IMG/VR virus record: IMGVR_UViG_2617270990_000007
DNA: 32,803 nucleotides
DNA from: a virus
Taxonomy: Duplodnaviria; Heunggongvirae; Uroviricota; Caudoviricetes
Direction: 5' to 3' (one strand)
Shown: positions 19,568 through 28,734 of the stretch, one piece after another
How positions within the stretch are numbered: the first letter of the stretch is position 1
Layout of the letters: the number at the start of each line of letters is the position of its first letter
Position numbers and translations under genes: made by a program
The notes under the pieces: model-generated
Told to the model about the DNA's origin: nothing
Seen by the model: the letters and a program-made list of their open reading frames with translations, nothing else
Database searches by the model: none

Positions 19568-19750
19568 CGCGGCGGGGGGGTAGGGGGATGCCTCAAATAT
19601 AGGGAAATTGGCGCAATTCTGGCGCGCTGCTGCGTTCTGTGTGTTGTGTGCGGGTAATGGCGTGTTTAGATGATGGGGCGCTTAGAATGGCGCTGGCGCG
19701 CCGTGTGTTGATGTGATGCTAAGAGCGCCGCCGGACTGGCGGCGGTGTGG

Positions 19751-20812
19751 TTATTTGGTGGATTCAAGCAGGGCGTAAGGTTTAAAGCGGATCACTTCTT
19801 CGCCAAGCCAGTCGTTGACGTGCTTCAGTGCTTCCATTGCTGGCATCAGTTCGTTGATGGCAAACACGCGCGCGGCTTTCTCCATATCACCGAATGAGCC
19901 GTTGCCGTCCGGCATGGCCCCCATCAGTTGCGGTGGTACGCGGTGAGCGGCAAGGATGTCATCACGCGTAGCTGATTTAATATTTAAAAACTCATCCTTT
20001 GCAGATATCTGGCTGAAGGGCATCAGTTGTACCCCATCTTTGCCGCCGCCTGGTGCGTGGATCACTACGTTCTTAAATGCGCCTTTGTTCCTGGCTCCTG
20101 CCAGTGTTTGCTGTATCTGTTTTACACCAGCGTCATCTACCTGTGATGTGCCGATGTAAAGAATGCAGCCAGCATGAGATCCGTTCTCATAGTACATTTT
20201 GCGAAACATGTCCGCCGAGTGTGACAGGCTGGCTGACAGCAGGGTGCCCATATATTCCGGCATCCCGTAGATTTCCTGGTGAATATCGGGGTTCAGCACG
20301 TGGCAAACTGTGCCGGTTTCAAAGGCGCATTCGTCTTTCCACTGCCTGATAAACCAGTACGTGTCCAGGTCGGTGCCGCGCCGGGTGTACTTCGCAGGGG
20401 AATGGCGAAGCGGTAGCCGCCCGCCTAGCCGGTTCTTTCGTTCTTCAAGATAGAAGTTGCCAAACACAAACCAGTCAAGCGCCAGGGCGGAGAACGTCTG
20501 GCGAGACAGTAGCGGGTGTGGAATAAAGCATCCCGCCAGCGCGTTGCGCTTGAAGTACAGCGCTGACTGGTGCCAGGATGCTTTGCCGAATGAACGCGCA
20601 AGCCCGTACCAGTCCACCGGCGTTTCGTAATATCTGCCGTTGTCGGCGCAATACATATTGTCGAGTAGGTCGTAAGCGTCCGCGACCTGGTATGGCCCAT
20701 CAAAGGTGAAGGCGCTCAGAGCGGGATCGCGCTTTAGTGCTTCGCCAATATCAGCCTGTTGCGCGCCGTCAGTAAGCATGGTCATACCGCTTTCATGTGT
20801 TGTTGTGTTCAT
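19751..20812 (-). CDS. Q: portal protein (P2 gpQ-like)
   Basis: 353 aa; size, position next to cos and upstream-adjacent to the terminase ATPase; similarity to the gpQ family by eye. Confidence 0.85.
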   Translation of the reverse strand: MNTTTHESGMTMLTDGAQQADIGEALKRDPALSAFTFDGPYQVADAYDLLDNMYCADNGRYYETPVDWYGLARSFGKASWHQSALYFKRNALAGCFIPHPLLSRQTFSALALDWFVFGNFYLEERKNRLGGRLPLRHSPAKYTRRGTDLDTYWFIRQWKDECAFETGTVCHVLNPDIHQEIYGMPEYMGTLLSASLSHSADMFRKMYYENGSHAGCILYIGTSQVDDAGVKQIQQTLAGARNKGAFKNVVIHAPGGGKDGVQLMPFSQISAKDEFLNIKSATRDDILAAHRVPPQLMGAMPDGNGSFGDMEKAARVFAINELMPAMEALKHVNDWLGEEVIRFKPYALLESTK

Positions 20813-22536
20813 TAAAACTCCATAACGAAACTACCGCCGCCGCCGTTCTCGCGTCCAAGCGGCTCGTTGATGACTGCCAGCATATTGGCCCAGGCTAAGT
20901 CGCCGTGACTGACTCCGCGCGCGCGGTCGGTGTCATAAGTGACTTGTCCGCCGGGGGTGGTGATCTTTCTGACAGCGTTGAATGCTGACACTAGCGCCTG
21001 TTCACTGCGGTCATACTCCCAGCGCCCCGCGCGGATCACCTGTTGCATTTTCAGTACCAGGGTGCGCTTTGATGACAGCGACATTATGAAACAGACCGAA
21101 GCCGGGAAGAACTTTTTGACCAGTTGCCAGACCGCTTCACCGATGCCGGTGCCGTCAATTGCGATGTGTCGAACGTTATATTTCATCGTCAGGTCTTCGA
21201 TCACTTTGGCCTGTTCTTCAAACTCCATCCCGCGTAGCTGGCGCGTCTCTATCGTGCGGAACTTGCCGCCACTGACAAGGGGAGGGGCAACCACGGAAAC
21301 AGCGCCGCTGTCACCGTTGCCGCTGCCGCCGTTGGCGTCGTAGCCTATCCAGACTTCACGATCACCCAGCGGGCGGGGTGCGTAGGGTTTCCAGTCCTGC
21401 CAGTCGTCGTAGCCGTCCGCGCCACACGTCAGTAGCTGATTGAGTGAGAAAACAGCCTCGCCTTCTCTGACGAACTCACACATGTACAGGTTGGTGTATT
21501 CGTCCGGGGTGTTTTCGTCCTGGATTTCTTCCAGGTCGGTGAACTCCCAGCCGTGGTCGATCACGTCCTTTAGGGTGACAATCTGCCGCCAGGTTTTGTC
21601 CGGGCACAATAGGCCGCTGTTTAGCGTTTTCCAGCTTGTGTCGAAGTCTACCCTGCTGGACTTGGCCCGCTTCTCATTCCAGCGCTTGCCCGTCCAGAAG
21701 GGGTAGGCTTCGTGGCTTTCGCTCGATGGCGTTGAAAAGTAAGTGCGCGTAAGCCCTTTCAGGGTTGCCATAGCGCCAGCCACTTTGCGAAGGTTGGCAA
21801 AGTTGCCTACCCAGAAAAATTCATCAAAAAACAGGTTGCCGGTGTAGCTCTGCGCAGTAGCGGCAGACGTGCCGAGAAAATGCAATTCAGCCCCGTTAGA
21901 CAGCAAAATTTTGTCACCGCCCTTTAGTTCTACGTCTACCTCTTCGGCAATCTTCTGAATGAATCCCCGGAACTGGTGCGCCTGGCGGCGTGACGCTGAC
22001 AGAAAAATCTGGTTGCGTTGGTATCCGTGCTTAACGTCATCCCGCAGCGCCTGTAATAGCGCTTCGCGGGCAAAATACCAGGTTGCGCCAATCTGGCGAC
22101 TTTTCAGGATCATGCGGTTTCGTTGCTGGCGCTGTTCAAACCATCCCTGCTGATGCCAGGCCAGAGAGTCCTGAATTTTTTCCCGCAGCGCGGCGATCTG
22201 CGCTTCGGTGAAGTGGTTTTTCTTCTTGCCCGCGCGCGCTTTCTTGAAGGGTTGCGCCGGTTGGCCTTCTGCCAGCTTCTTCACCTGGCGCGTGAGCGCG
22301 TCGATTTCCTTCAGATCGCCGCCGGTCTTTGTTGGTTTCATCGCGATTTGGCATAACCGGGCATCAATAGATTGTGTGACGCGCTGAATCGCGGGCGTTT
22401 CGTCCCATTCGTCGCGCTTTTTCCACGAATAAACCGTGTTCTGACTGATACCCATCAGGCGTGCGATCTCTGCTGGCGGGTAGCCCTGCCAGTAAAGCTG
22501 CTTTGCTCTCTGTCTTACAAATGCGTCCTGGATCAT
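20812..22536 (-). CDS. P: terminase large (ATPase) subunit (P2 gpP-like)
   Basis: Start set at the internal ATG (MIQDAF…) with AGAGGA SD, because the longer track ORF would cover the late-promoter dyad at 22602..22619. Confidence 0.85.
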   Translation of the reverse strand: MIQDAFVRQRAKQLYWQGYPPAEIARLMGISQNTVYSWKKRDEWDETPAIQRVTQSIDARLCQIAMKPTKTGGDLKEIDALTRQVKKLAEGQPAQPFKKARAGKKKNHFTEAQIAALREKIQDSLAWHQQGWFEQRQQRNRMILKSRQIGATWYFAREALLQALRDDVKHGYQRNQIFLSASRRQAHQFRGFIQKIAEEVDVELKGGDKILLSNGAELHFLGTSAATAQSYTGNLFFDEFFWVGNFANLRKVAGAMATLKGLTRTYFSTPSSESHEAYPFWTGKRWNEKRAKSSRVDFDTSWKTLNSGLLCPDKTWRQIVTLKDVIDHGWEFTDLEEIQDENTPDEYTNLYMCEFVREGEAVFSLNQLLTCGADGYDDWQDWKPYAPRPLGDREVWIGYDANGGSGNGDSGAVSVVAPPLVSGGKFRTIETRQLRGMEFEEQAKVIEDLTMKYNVRHIAIDGTGIGEAVWQLVKKFFPASVCFIMSLSSKRTLVLKMQQVIRAGRWEYDRSEQALVSAFNAVRKITTPGGQVTYDTDRARGVSHGDLAWANMLAVINEPLGRENGGGGSFVMEF

Positions 22537-22601
22537 GCGGTGTCCTCTCGTTTCGATGGAGAGATTAACCCGCGCGCGTGGGCCGTTCCCGCTGTTTGGG
22601 T

Positions 22602-22619
22602 TGTGGGCCGTCTCTGACA
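22602..22619. promoter_or_regulatory. late-promoter activator dyad (TGT-N12-ACA) in the divergent P/O promoter region
   Basis: TGTGGGCCGTCTCTGACA; centre lies about 55 bp from plausible start points for both P (leftward) and O (rightward). Confidence 0.5.
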
Positions 22620-22692
22620 ACTAAAACGCGTTGAGACAATGACTTAGCAACTGACATCATGGAAAAACAGAAACCAACCGGCAGGAAAGAAC

Positions 22693-23532
22693 ATGAGTGA
22701 AACCAGCAAACCTACCCGGAAGAAATTCCGCGTTGCCGTCTCCGGTGCCACCGTTGACGGTCGCGAAATTCGACCAGATCACCTCCGTGATGCTGCCGCG
22801 AGCTATAGCCAGGACGTTTACGGCGCTCGCGTGAATGTTGAACATTATCTCTCGCCTTATCCAGGCAGTGATTTTGGTGCGATGGGGGATGTTACGGCGC
22901 TTAGCGCTGAGGACATTACTGAAGGTCCGCTAGCAGGGCGCACTGCGTTATATGCGGAAATTGAACCGTCAGCGCAAATGAAAGCGCTGACAGATGCCGG
23001 TAAGAAAGTCTATTCCAGTATTGAATTGCACCCGCAATTTGCACTGAACGGTAAGGCCTACATTGTCGGCATGGCGATGACTGATACCCCGGCAAGTCTG
23101 GGTACTGATCGCCTGAAGTTTGCGGCCCAGCAGCGCCAGCAGGTGCAGGCATTCAATAAACAGCAGGGCGAAAGCGCGATGTTCTCTGACGCCATTGAAG
23201 CGGAAGTGATCGAACTGGCTGAGCAGCGAAGTGATGAAGGCAGCAAGTGGTTTAGCCGCATGAAGGAAATTCTGACCAAAAACCATAAAACCGACAGTGA
23301 GCAATTCAGCCAGGTGCGCGAAGTGGTTGAAGGTGTCGCCACGTCTCAGGCGGGCCTTATCGATCAGGTGGTGGAACTGAGAAGCCAGCGCGCTGACGAC
23401 GCAAAGGAAATTCAGAAGTTGACCAGCGAACTGACCGACCTGAAAAACACACTGGCAAAGCAGGACGCCAGCACTTTCAGCCGCCAGCCCGCACAGGGCG
23501 GTAACACCGGCGTCGAACAAGCCGATTACTAA
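22693..23532 (+). CDS. O: capsid scaffolding protein (P2 gpO-like)
   Basis: 279 aa; position and size match P2 O; coiled-coil rich C-terminus. Confidence 0.85.
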   Translation: MSETSKPTRKKFRVAVSGATVDGREIRPDHLRDAAASYSQDVYGARVNVEHYLSPYPGSDFGAMGDVTALSAEDITEGPLAGRTALYAEIEPSAQMKALTDAGKKVYSSIELHPQFALNGKAYIVGMAMTDTPASLGTDRLKFAAQQRQQVQAFNKQQGESAMFSDAIEAEVIELAEQRSDEGSKWFSRMKEILTKNHKTDSEQFSQVREVVEGVATSQAGLIDQVVELRSQRADDAKEIQKLTSELTDLKNTLAKQDASTFSRQPAQGGNTGVEQADY

Positions 23533-23555
23533 CCACGCAAGCGAGAATAAAACAC

Positions 23556-24641
23556 ATGGAAAACAGTACCCGCGTACTTTTTAACGGCTATATCGATCGC
23601 CAAGCCAACTTAAATGGCGTGCGCTCTGATGATGTCGCCAAGTCCTTCAGCGTTGAACCGGCTGTGCAGCAGCGTATGGAAGCCGCTTCAATGGAAAGCG
23701 ATGATTTTCTGAAGAAAATTAACGTATTCCCGGTAAAAGCCCAGGAAGGCCAAAAAATCCTGATTGGTAGCAAAGGCCCGATCGCCAGTACCAACAACAG
23801 CAGCGACGGCACCTCCCGCCGCAACCCGGTAGACAATCACTCTAAAGAGCCGAGCACGTACCGCTGCCGTAAAACCAACTACGACTCTAGCTCCAGCTAT
23901 TCACAGCTGGATGCCTGGTCTATGCAACCTAATTTCCAGTCACTGATCAGCGCGGCAAACGCCCGCCAGATTGCACTGGACCGTATCATGATTGGTTTTA
24001 ATGGTACGTCATACGCTGAAGTGTCTGACCGTGCCACGAATCCGCTGTTGCAGGATTGTGGCGTTGGCTGGCTTCAGAAAATCCGCAATGACGCCCCGCA
24101 CCGCATCATCAGCAAAGTCACGCTGACTGCGCGCGATGAAGACAACAAAATCGTCGCCAAAGGTACTTACGGCAACCTGGACGCGGCTGTTTTTGACGCC
24201 AAAAACACGCTGTTGGATTCGTGGCACCGCAAAGCGCCTGATCTGGTTGTGATCCTGTCTTCTGATCTGTTGACCAGTAGCTATTTCCCGAAACTGAACG
24301 CCCTGAGCCAGACCAACCCGAACAGCGAATTGATCGCGGCACAGTTGATTGTGTCCAGTGAAAAAGTTGGCGGTCTGCCGGTGGTCTTCGCACCGTACAT
24401 GCCTGATGACTGTGTGCTGATCACGTCGCTGAAAAACCTCTCTGTGTATTACCAGTTGGGCGCACTGCGTCGAACCATCAAAGAGGAACCGCAATATAAC
24501 CGCGTGGCTAACTACCAGTCCTCAAACGATGACTTCGTTGTAGAAGACTACGGCAAATGCGCATTCATTGACGGGATCACCTTCGCGGAGGCCGCCCCGG
24601 CATCGTTATCCGTAGAGCCTGACGAGAACGCGGGCGCGTAA
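23556..24641 (+). CDS. N: major capsid protein (P2 gpN-like)
   Basis: 361 aa; P2 gene order and size. Confidence 0.9.
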   Translation: MENSTRVLFNGYIDRQANLNGVRSDDVAKSFSVEPAVQQRMEAASMESDDFLKKINVFPVKAQEGQKILIGSKGPIASTNNSSDGTSRRNPVDNHSKEPSTYRCRKTNYDSSSSYSQLDAWSMQPNFQSLISAANARQIALDRIMIGFNGTSYAEVSDRATNPLLQDCGVGWLQKIRNDAPHRIISKVTLTARDEDNKIVAKGTYGNLDAAVFDAKNTLLDSWHRKAPDLVVILSSDLLTSSYFPKLNALSQTNPNSELIAAQLIVSSEKVGGLPVVFAPYMPDDCVLITSLKNLSVYYQLGALRRTIKEEPQYNRVANYQSSNDDFVVEDYGKCAFIDGITFAEAAPASLSVEPDENAGA

Positions 24642-24684
24642 CTGCAATTGCGGGCGCATATGCGCCCGCCACCTGGAGACAAAA

Positions 24685-25509
24685 ATGTTAACCCCAGCGC
24701 AAAAACACTTTCAGAAAGTGATGGCTGATCGACGCGGAGACAGTGCCGCGCAACATAGCGTTGTGCGTACCGCGCATGAGCAAATTTTGCATCGTCTACG
24801 CCTCGATCAGGCCTCTCTTAAAGCGGTGCAGTCTACTGAAACAAAAGCAGTGATGAAGCGTGACATGTTGCCGGGTTACCAGGGCTGGATTGATGGGACT
24901 CTGGAGGGCGACAGCGGGCGACAGGATGAAGTGATCACCACGATGATGCTGTGGGCGATTGACTGCCAGGACTACCCGCAAGCGCTCAAGATTGGGCGCT
25001 ATGTGGTGAAGCATGGCCTGTCTATGCGTGACGACTTCAAACGTACTGCGCCGGTGATGCTGACTGAAGAAATCAGTAACCAGGCGCTGAACGTGGCGAT
25101 GACTGACGTTGAGGCGGATATGTCGGCTTATATCACCGTGCTGGATGAACTGGCGGAGATTGTCGCCGGTGCTGATATGCCGGATGAAGTGCAATCCAAG
25201 CTCTGCAAGGCCCGCGCCTTCTCGCGCCGTGGAACGGCTGACAATGAGACAAAAGGCGAAGCGCTAAAACTGTTTCGCCGTGCGACGGAACTGAACCCCG
25301 CAGCGGGCGTGAAACGTGAAATGCAGTCTATTTCACGCGAGCTGAAGAAGCTGGCGGCCCCGCAACCGGAAGCGACAGCACAACCGGTGCCTGTGCCGGT
25401 TGTCGCAGAGAAGAAAACCAAACGTAAGCCGAGCGCGGATAAAGCTGAGAAACCGGCAGCAAAAAAACGCGCACCGCGTAAAACGGCGAAAGATAAAAAA
25501 GAATCTTAA
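24685..25509 (+). CDS. M: terminase small (endonuclease) subunit (P2 gpM-like)
   Basis: 274 aa with Lys/Ala/Pro-rich basic C-terminal tail; P2 order. Confidence 0.85.
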   Translation: MLTPAQKHFQKVMADRRGDSAAQHSVVRTAHEQILHRLRLDQASLKAVQSTETKAVMKRDMLPGYQGWIDGTLEGDSGRQDEVITTMMLWAIDCQDYPQALKIGRYVVKHGLSMRDDFKRTAPVMLTEEISNQALNVAMTDVEADMSAYITVLDELAEIVAGADMPDEVQSKLCKARAFSRRGTADNETKGEALKLFRRATELNPAAGVKREMQSISRELKKLAAPQPEATAQPVPVPVVAEKKTKRKPSADKAEKPAAKKRAPRKTAKDKKES

Positions 25510-25606
25510 CGACTTCGGCCCCGACCGACAGGAGGCACGCGCGGAGATCTGCCCGTAACTGGTCTTTTCACCGCGTGTCCACCTCCTGACTTTTTAAGGA
25601 GCGCTC

Positions 25607-26104
25607 ATGAGTAGCCTGGTTGCCACAAAAACGCCGTTTCCGCCTGGCAGTGATGTAACTGATGTTGATGACGGTGATTCCACGGTAACGGCGGGAAGTT
25701 TCTGGCCTGTCATTAACCTGAAGGATTTGCGCCTTGCCGCGCGTATTACCGGCGGTGTCACCACTTCGCGACTGATGCACGTCACTACTGAGGCCGTGGC
25801 ACATGTCATTGAGCAGCTTGAAGAGTGGCAGATCAATCAGCAGGGGCTGGGCTATGAGGCGCTGAAGAATGTGCCCGCCGTGGAGATAAACGGCGAGAGC
25901 GTGAAGGTGTACCGCTACCGTCGCGCGGTTTATTCCATTGCCCGTGCCCTGGTGATTGAAGGTTATCGGGACGTTGATACCACGCCAAAAGGCGACAAAG
26001 ACGCCGCCGCGCTGGATTTGCAACGCGAAGATCTCTGGCGTGATGCGCGCTGGGGTATTGCAGACATCCAGCGCAAGCCGCGCGTTTATGCGGAGTTGTG
26101 CTGA
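25607..26104 (+). CDS. L: head completion / stabilisation protein (P2 gpL-like)
   Basis: 165 aa; AAGGAG SD; P2 order. Confidence 0.85.
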   Translation: MSSLVATKTPFPPGSDVTDVDDGDSTVTAGSFWPVINLKDLRLAARITGGVTTSRLMHVTTEAVAHVIEQLEEWQINQQGLGYEALKNVPAVEINGESVKVYRYRRAVYSIARALVIEGYRDVDTTPKGDKDAAALDLQREDLWRDARWGIADIQRKPRVYAELC

Positions 26105-26304
26105 TGAAGGTCACCGCGTTACAGGGCGATACGCTGGATCAGCTATGCCACCGGCACTACGGAAAGACCAAAGGCGTTACTGAAGAAGTATTGACCGCCA
26201 ATCCGGGTCTGAGTGGGCAGGTTTTTTTAAACGCAGGGCAGGTGGTTGAAATGCCGGACATTGATACCCAGCCCGCACAAGAGATGGTGCAGTTATGGAG
26301 CTAA
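26098..26304 (+). CDS. X: tail protein X (P2 gpX-like)
   Basis: 68 aa; overlaps L stop; matches gpX size and position. Confidence 0.8.
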   Translation: MLMKVTALQGDTLDQLCHRHYGKTKGVTEEVLTANPGLSGQVFLNAGQVVEMPDIDTQPAQEMVQLWS

Positions 26305-26591
26305 ATTCGTTTCACCGGCTATGGGACTGGGTTACCTGGATTTCTTCATCCATCAGCGTTGGTGTTGGTGTGATGACGTGGAATGAAAAGTTGGGGGTTG
26401 CCGGTGTTGTTTTGGGTGCCCTGTCAGGCTGGCGCGCCTGGGTACATCGTGCGCGGGTGGAGAAAGCACAGGCCCGCCGAAACTCACTGATTGAGCAAAT
26501 TCTTGATCAGGCCGAGCGCCGGGGGCTTACCGATTTTGAGCGGGTGAAGCTGGCGCAATTCCAGGCGGGTGACGATGAAGACGGTTATTAA
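26295..26591 (+). CDS. putative holin
   Basis: Small membrane protein with hydrophobic segments (…LGVAGVVLGALSGW…) and charged C-terminus, immediately upstream of the endolysin; not similar to P2 Y itself. Confidence 0.45.
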   Translation: MELNSFHRLWDWVTWISSSISVGVGVMTWNEKLGVAGVVLGALSGWRAWVHRARVEKAQARRNSLIEQILDQAERRGLTDFERVKLAQFQAGDDEDGY

Positions 26592-27117
26592 GCGTTGCTC
26601 TATCGCCGTAATTGTCGCCCTGGGCTTATCAATGTCGCCCGATGCGCTGAGAACGTCGCCGGAAGCACAGCAAAAAATAGCCTCCTGGGAAGACTGCCGA
26701 AACACGCCTTATTACTGTACCGCCGGAGTGTTGACCGTGGGGATCGGCTCCACCGGTGGTGTGGAAAAACGCGAGTACAGCAACGCTGAAGTAGCGCGCC
26801 GGTGGGTTAGTGATATGCAGCATTCTGAACGCTGCGTAAACCAGAACTTCAACGGCGAAGCGATGCCGCAAAAGGTGTTCGAAAGCATGGTTGATGGCGG
26901 GCTGAATGTGGGTTGTACGGGCCTGATGTGGTTTACCGATAAACAGGGCCGCAAACAGCGCACAACCATCTGGAAAAATGCCCAGGCTCACAACTGGGGC
27001 GGCGTCTGTGATCGTCTAACCGACTTTGTAAACAGTGCCGGTAAGCGCTCGCAAGGGCTGGTCAATCGGCGCACTGATTTTCAGGCGTGGTGCCGTAAGG
27101 ATGCGGGGGCGCAATGA
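26569..27117 (+). CDS. K: endolysin (lysozyme-like, SAR-type with E-x8-C-x5-T variant)
   Basis: 182 aa; N-terminal hydrophobic segment containing a Cys; WEDCRNTPYYCTAGVLTVGIG carries the E-x8-C-x5-T signature. Confidence 0.8.
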   Translation: MTMKTVIKRCSIAVIVALGLSMSPDALRTSPEAQQKIASWEDCRNTPYYCTAGVLTVGIGSTGGVEKREYSNAEVARRWVSDMQHSERCVNQNFNGEAMPQKVFESMVDGGLNVGCTGLMWFTDKQGRKQRTTIWKNAQAHNWGGVCDRLTDFVNSAGKRSQGLVNRRTDFQAWCRKDAGAQ

Positions 27118-27488
27118 AAACAATTTTATGGGGTTTGGTGCTAACCGCTCTTACTTACGGGGCCGGGTATTACCGGGGATATACAAGCGGCGTGGCGGAT
27201 GACAACGAACAGAAGTTACAGCGCATGTTTGATGAAAGTGAAGCTGTGATAGGTGAAATGCGTGGTCTGTCTGCTGATGCGCGGGCGGTGCTGGCTGAGG
27301 CCAAAAAAGCGGAGCAAACACGCAACCTAGCGGGTGAAGAACGCCGTAAAAACATAACTGAGGGGATGCGTGATGATTCGTGTGCCAGTGCTCTTGCTCC
27401 TGTTGCTGTCAGTGATGGGTTGCTCAGAAAAAATAAGAGTTCAAACGCGGCTGATTCACGAGCCGATACCGGAAAGCCTGACCGATGA
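27114..27488 (+). CDS. lysB: i-spanin (LysB/Rz-like)
   Basis: 124 aa; N-terminal TM helix then charged helical region. Confidence 0.6.
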   Translation: MKTILWGLVLTALTYGAGYYRGYTSGVADDNEQKLQRMFDESEAVIGEMRGLSADARAVLAEAKKAEQTRNLAGEERRKNITEGMRDDSCASALAPVAVSDGLLRKNKSSNAADSRADTGKPDR

Positions 27489-27660
27489 AACGCCCACGCC
27501 GGAACTGAAAACGCCGGTGACGTGGGGCGGTATTGCGATTTGGGCGGATCAGTTGCATGACGCGCTTGATACCTGCAATGCGGATAAGAGTGATATCCGG
27601 GCGCTAAATCTGTTGCGCCTGGCACGCCAGAGGGGAGGGGAACCACATGCTGAAAATTAA
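27370..27660 (+). CDS. lysC: o-spanin lipoprotein (LysC/Rz1-like), overlapping the i-spanin 3' end
   Basis: 96 aa; signal peptide with lipobox VMGC; Pro-rich mature region. Confidence 0.55.
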   Translation: MMIRVPVLLLLLLSVMGCSEKIRVQTRLIHEPIPESLTDETPTPELKTPVTWGGIAIWADQLHDALDTCNADKSDIRALNLLRLARQRGGEPHAEN

Positions 27661-28099
27661 CTCATTACGTAGCGCGCTCACCAGGGCTAATCCGTGGTGT
27701 CGTGCCAACCCTGAAGCCTTCAGCGTTTTTATTGAATCCGGGCATGTTGAGACGACCGGCGAAACGGCTGACTTTGTTTACGCCTATACGCTGTGTCTCT
27801 TTGTGATGAATTTTGCCGGTGATCTGGATGATTTCACGTTGCCGCTGATGGCCTGGCTGTGGCAGGAACAGCCGCAACTGTTGCTGAACCCGGAGAAGAA
27901 CAAAGAAATTAAGTTCACAACGGCAATCAATAATGACGATACCGCCGATCTGTTTTTTGAACTGCCTATTAGTGAACGCGTGATTGTATCGCGTGATGAA
28001 GCCGGGAAGCTGACCGGAAAGCATAAGCCGGAACCCCGCCCGCGCATGATGCCAGAGTGGGGCGCGATGTTGAGCGAACCTGGGAGTGACAACCCATGA
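27647..28099 (+). CDS. R: tail completion protein R (P2 gpR-like)
   Basis: 150 aa; P2 order. Confidence 0.8.
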   Translation: MLKINSLRSALTRANPWCRANPEAFSVFIESGHVETTGETADFVYAYTLCLFVMNFAGDLDDFTLPLMAWLWQEQPQLLLNPEKNKEIKFTTAINNDDTADLFFELPISERVIVSRDEAGKLTGKHKPEPRPRMMPEWGAMLSEPGSDNP

Positions 28100-28734
28100 A
28101 TGCCGGTGATGTTCACGCGCTGGATCAGTATTTCGCAGACATCCTGGCGGGGGCGTCATCCAGTGGGCGGGCCAGAACGGCGCGCGCCGTGGGTAAGGTT
28201 TTACGAATTAGCCAGCAACAGCGCATACGCGCACAGCGTAACCCGGACGGAAGCCAGTACCCGTCACGCCGCCGTAAAACGCTGCGCACCCAGCAGGGGA
28301 TCGCCTTTATCTGGGAAGGGCAGTTGCGCCGGTTGAAAAACTGGCACAGCGGGCGCGGTAAATATGGGCGGACGATTACCGGATTTGATGAAGACCGCAA
28401 TGAGATCCGCACGTTCTACCGTGCCGATATTGAGCGCTATACGGAAATTAATACCCGCGCGGGCCAGCGCCCAAAAGTGGTCAAGGCTCCGATGTTCGTG
28501 AAGCTGAGAACCGCCCGCTTTATGAAGGTGAAGGCATCCAGTGAGGGGGCTGAAGTGGGTTACAGCGGTATGGCGGCCCGTATCGCCCGCATTCATCAGT
28601 ACGGATTGCGTGAGCAGGTAGGGCCGGGGTCATTTGCGAAGTATGCGCCGCGTGTCCTGTTGGGAATTTCTAAGGCTGATGAAGCGCTGATCCGTAGCGC
28701 GGTGATTAACAGCCTGGGGGGTGCCGGGGCATGA
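28096..28734 (+). CDS. S: tail completion / virion morphogenesis protein S (P2 gpS-like)
   Basis: 212 aa; overlaps R stop; P2 order. Confidence 0.8.
   Translation: MNAGDVHALDQYFADILAGASSSGRARTARAVGKVLRISQQQRIRAQRNPDGSQYPSRRRKTLRTQQGIAFIWEGQLRRLKNWHSGRGKYGRTITGFDEDRNEIRTFYRADIERYTEINTRAGQRPKVVKAPMFVKLRTARFMKVKASSEGAEVGYSGMAARIARIHQYGLREQVGPGSFAKYAPRVLLGISKADEALIRSAVINSLGGAGA

Noticed and set aside
20812-22620. Longest-ORF start for terminase P (602 aa)
   Set aside because: The extension would cover the TGT-N12-ACA late-promoter dyad; the internal ATG at 22536 with a strong SD is preferred.
22969-23520. 183-aa minus-strand ORF (and 23058..23342, 22916..23152)
   Set aside because: Antisense within scaffold gene O; GC-rich coding regions commonly give long antisense ORFs.
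24009-24494. 161-aa minus-strand ORF (and 24118..24393)
   Set aside because: Antisense within capsid gene N.
27665-28159. 164-aa minus-strand ORF (and 27784..28116)
   Set aside because: Antisense within tail genes R and S.
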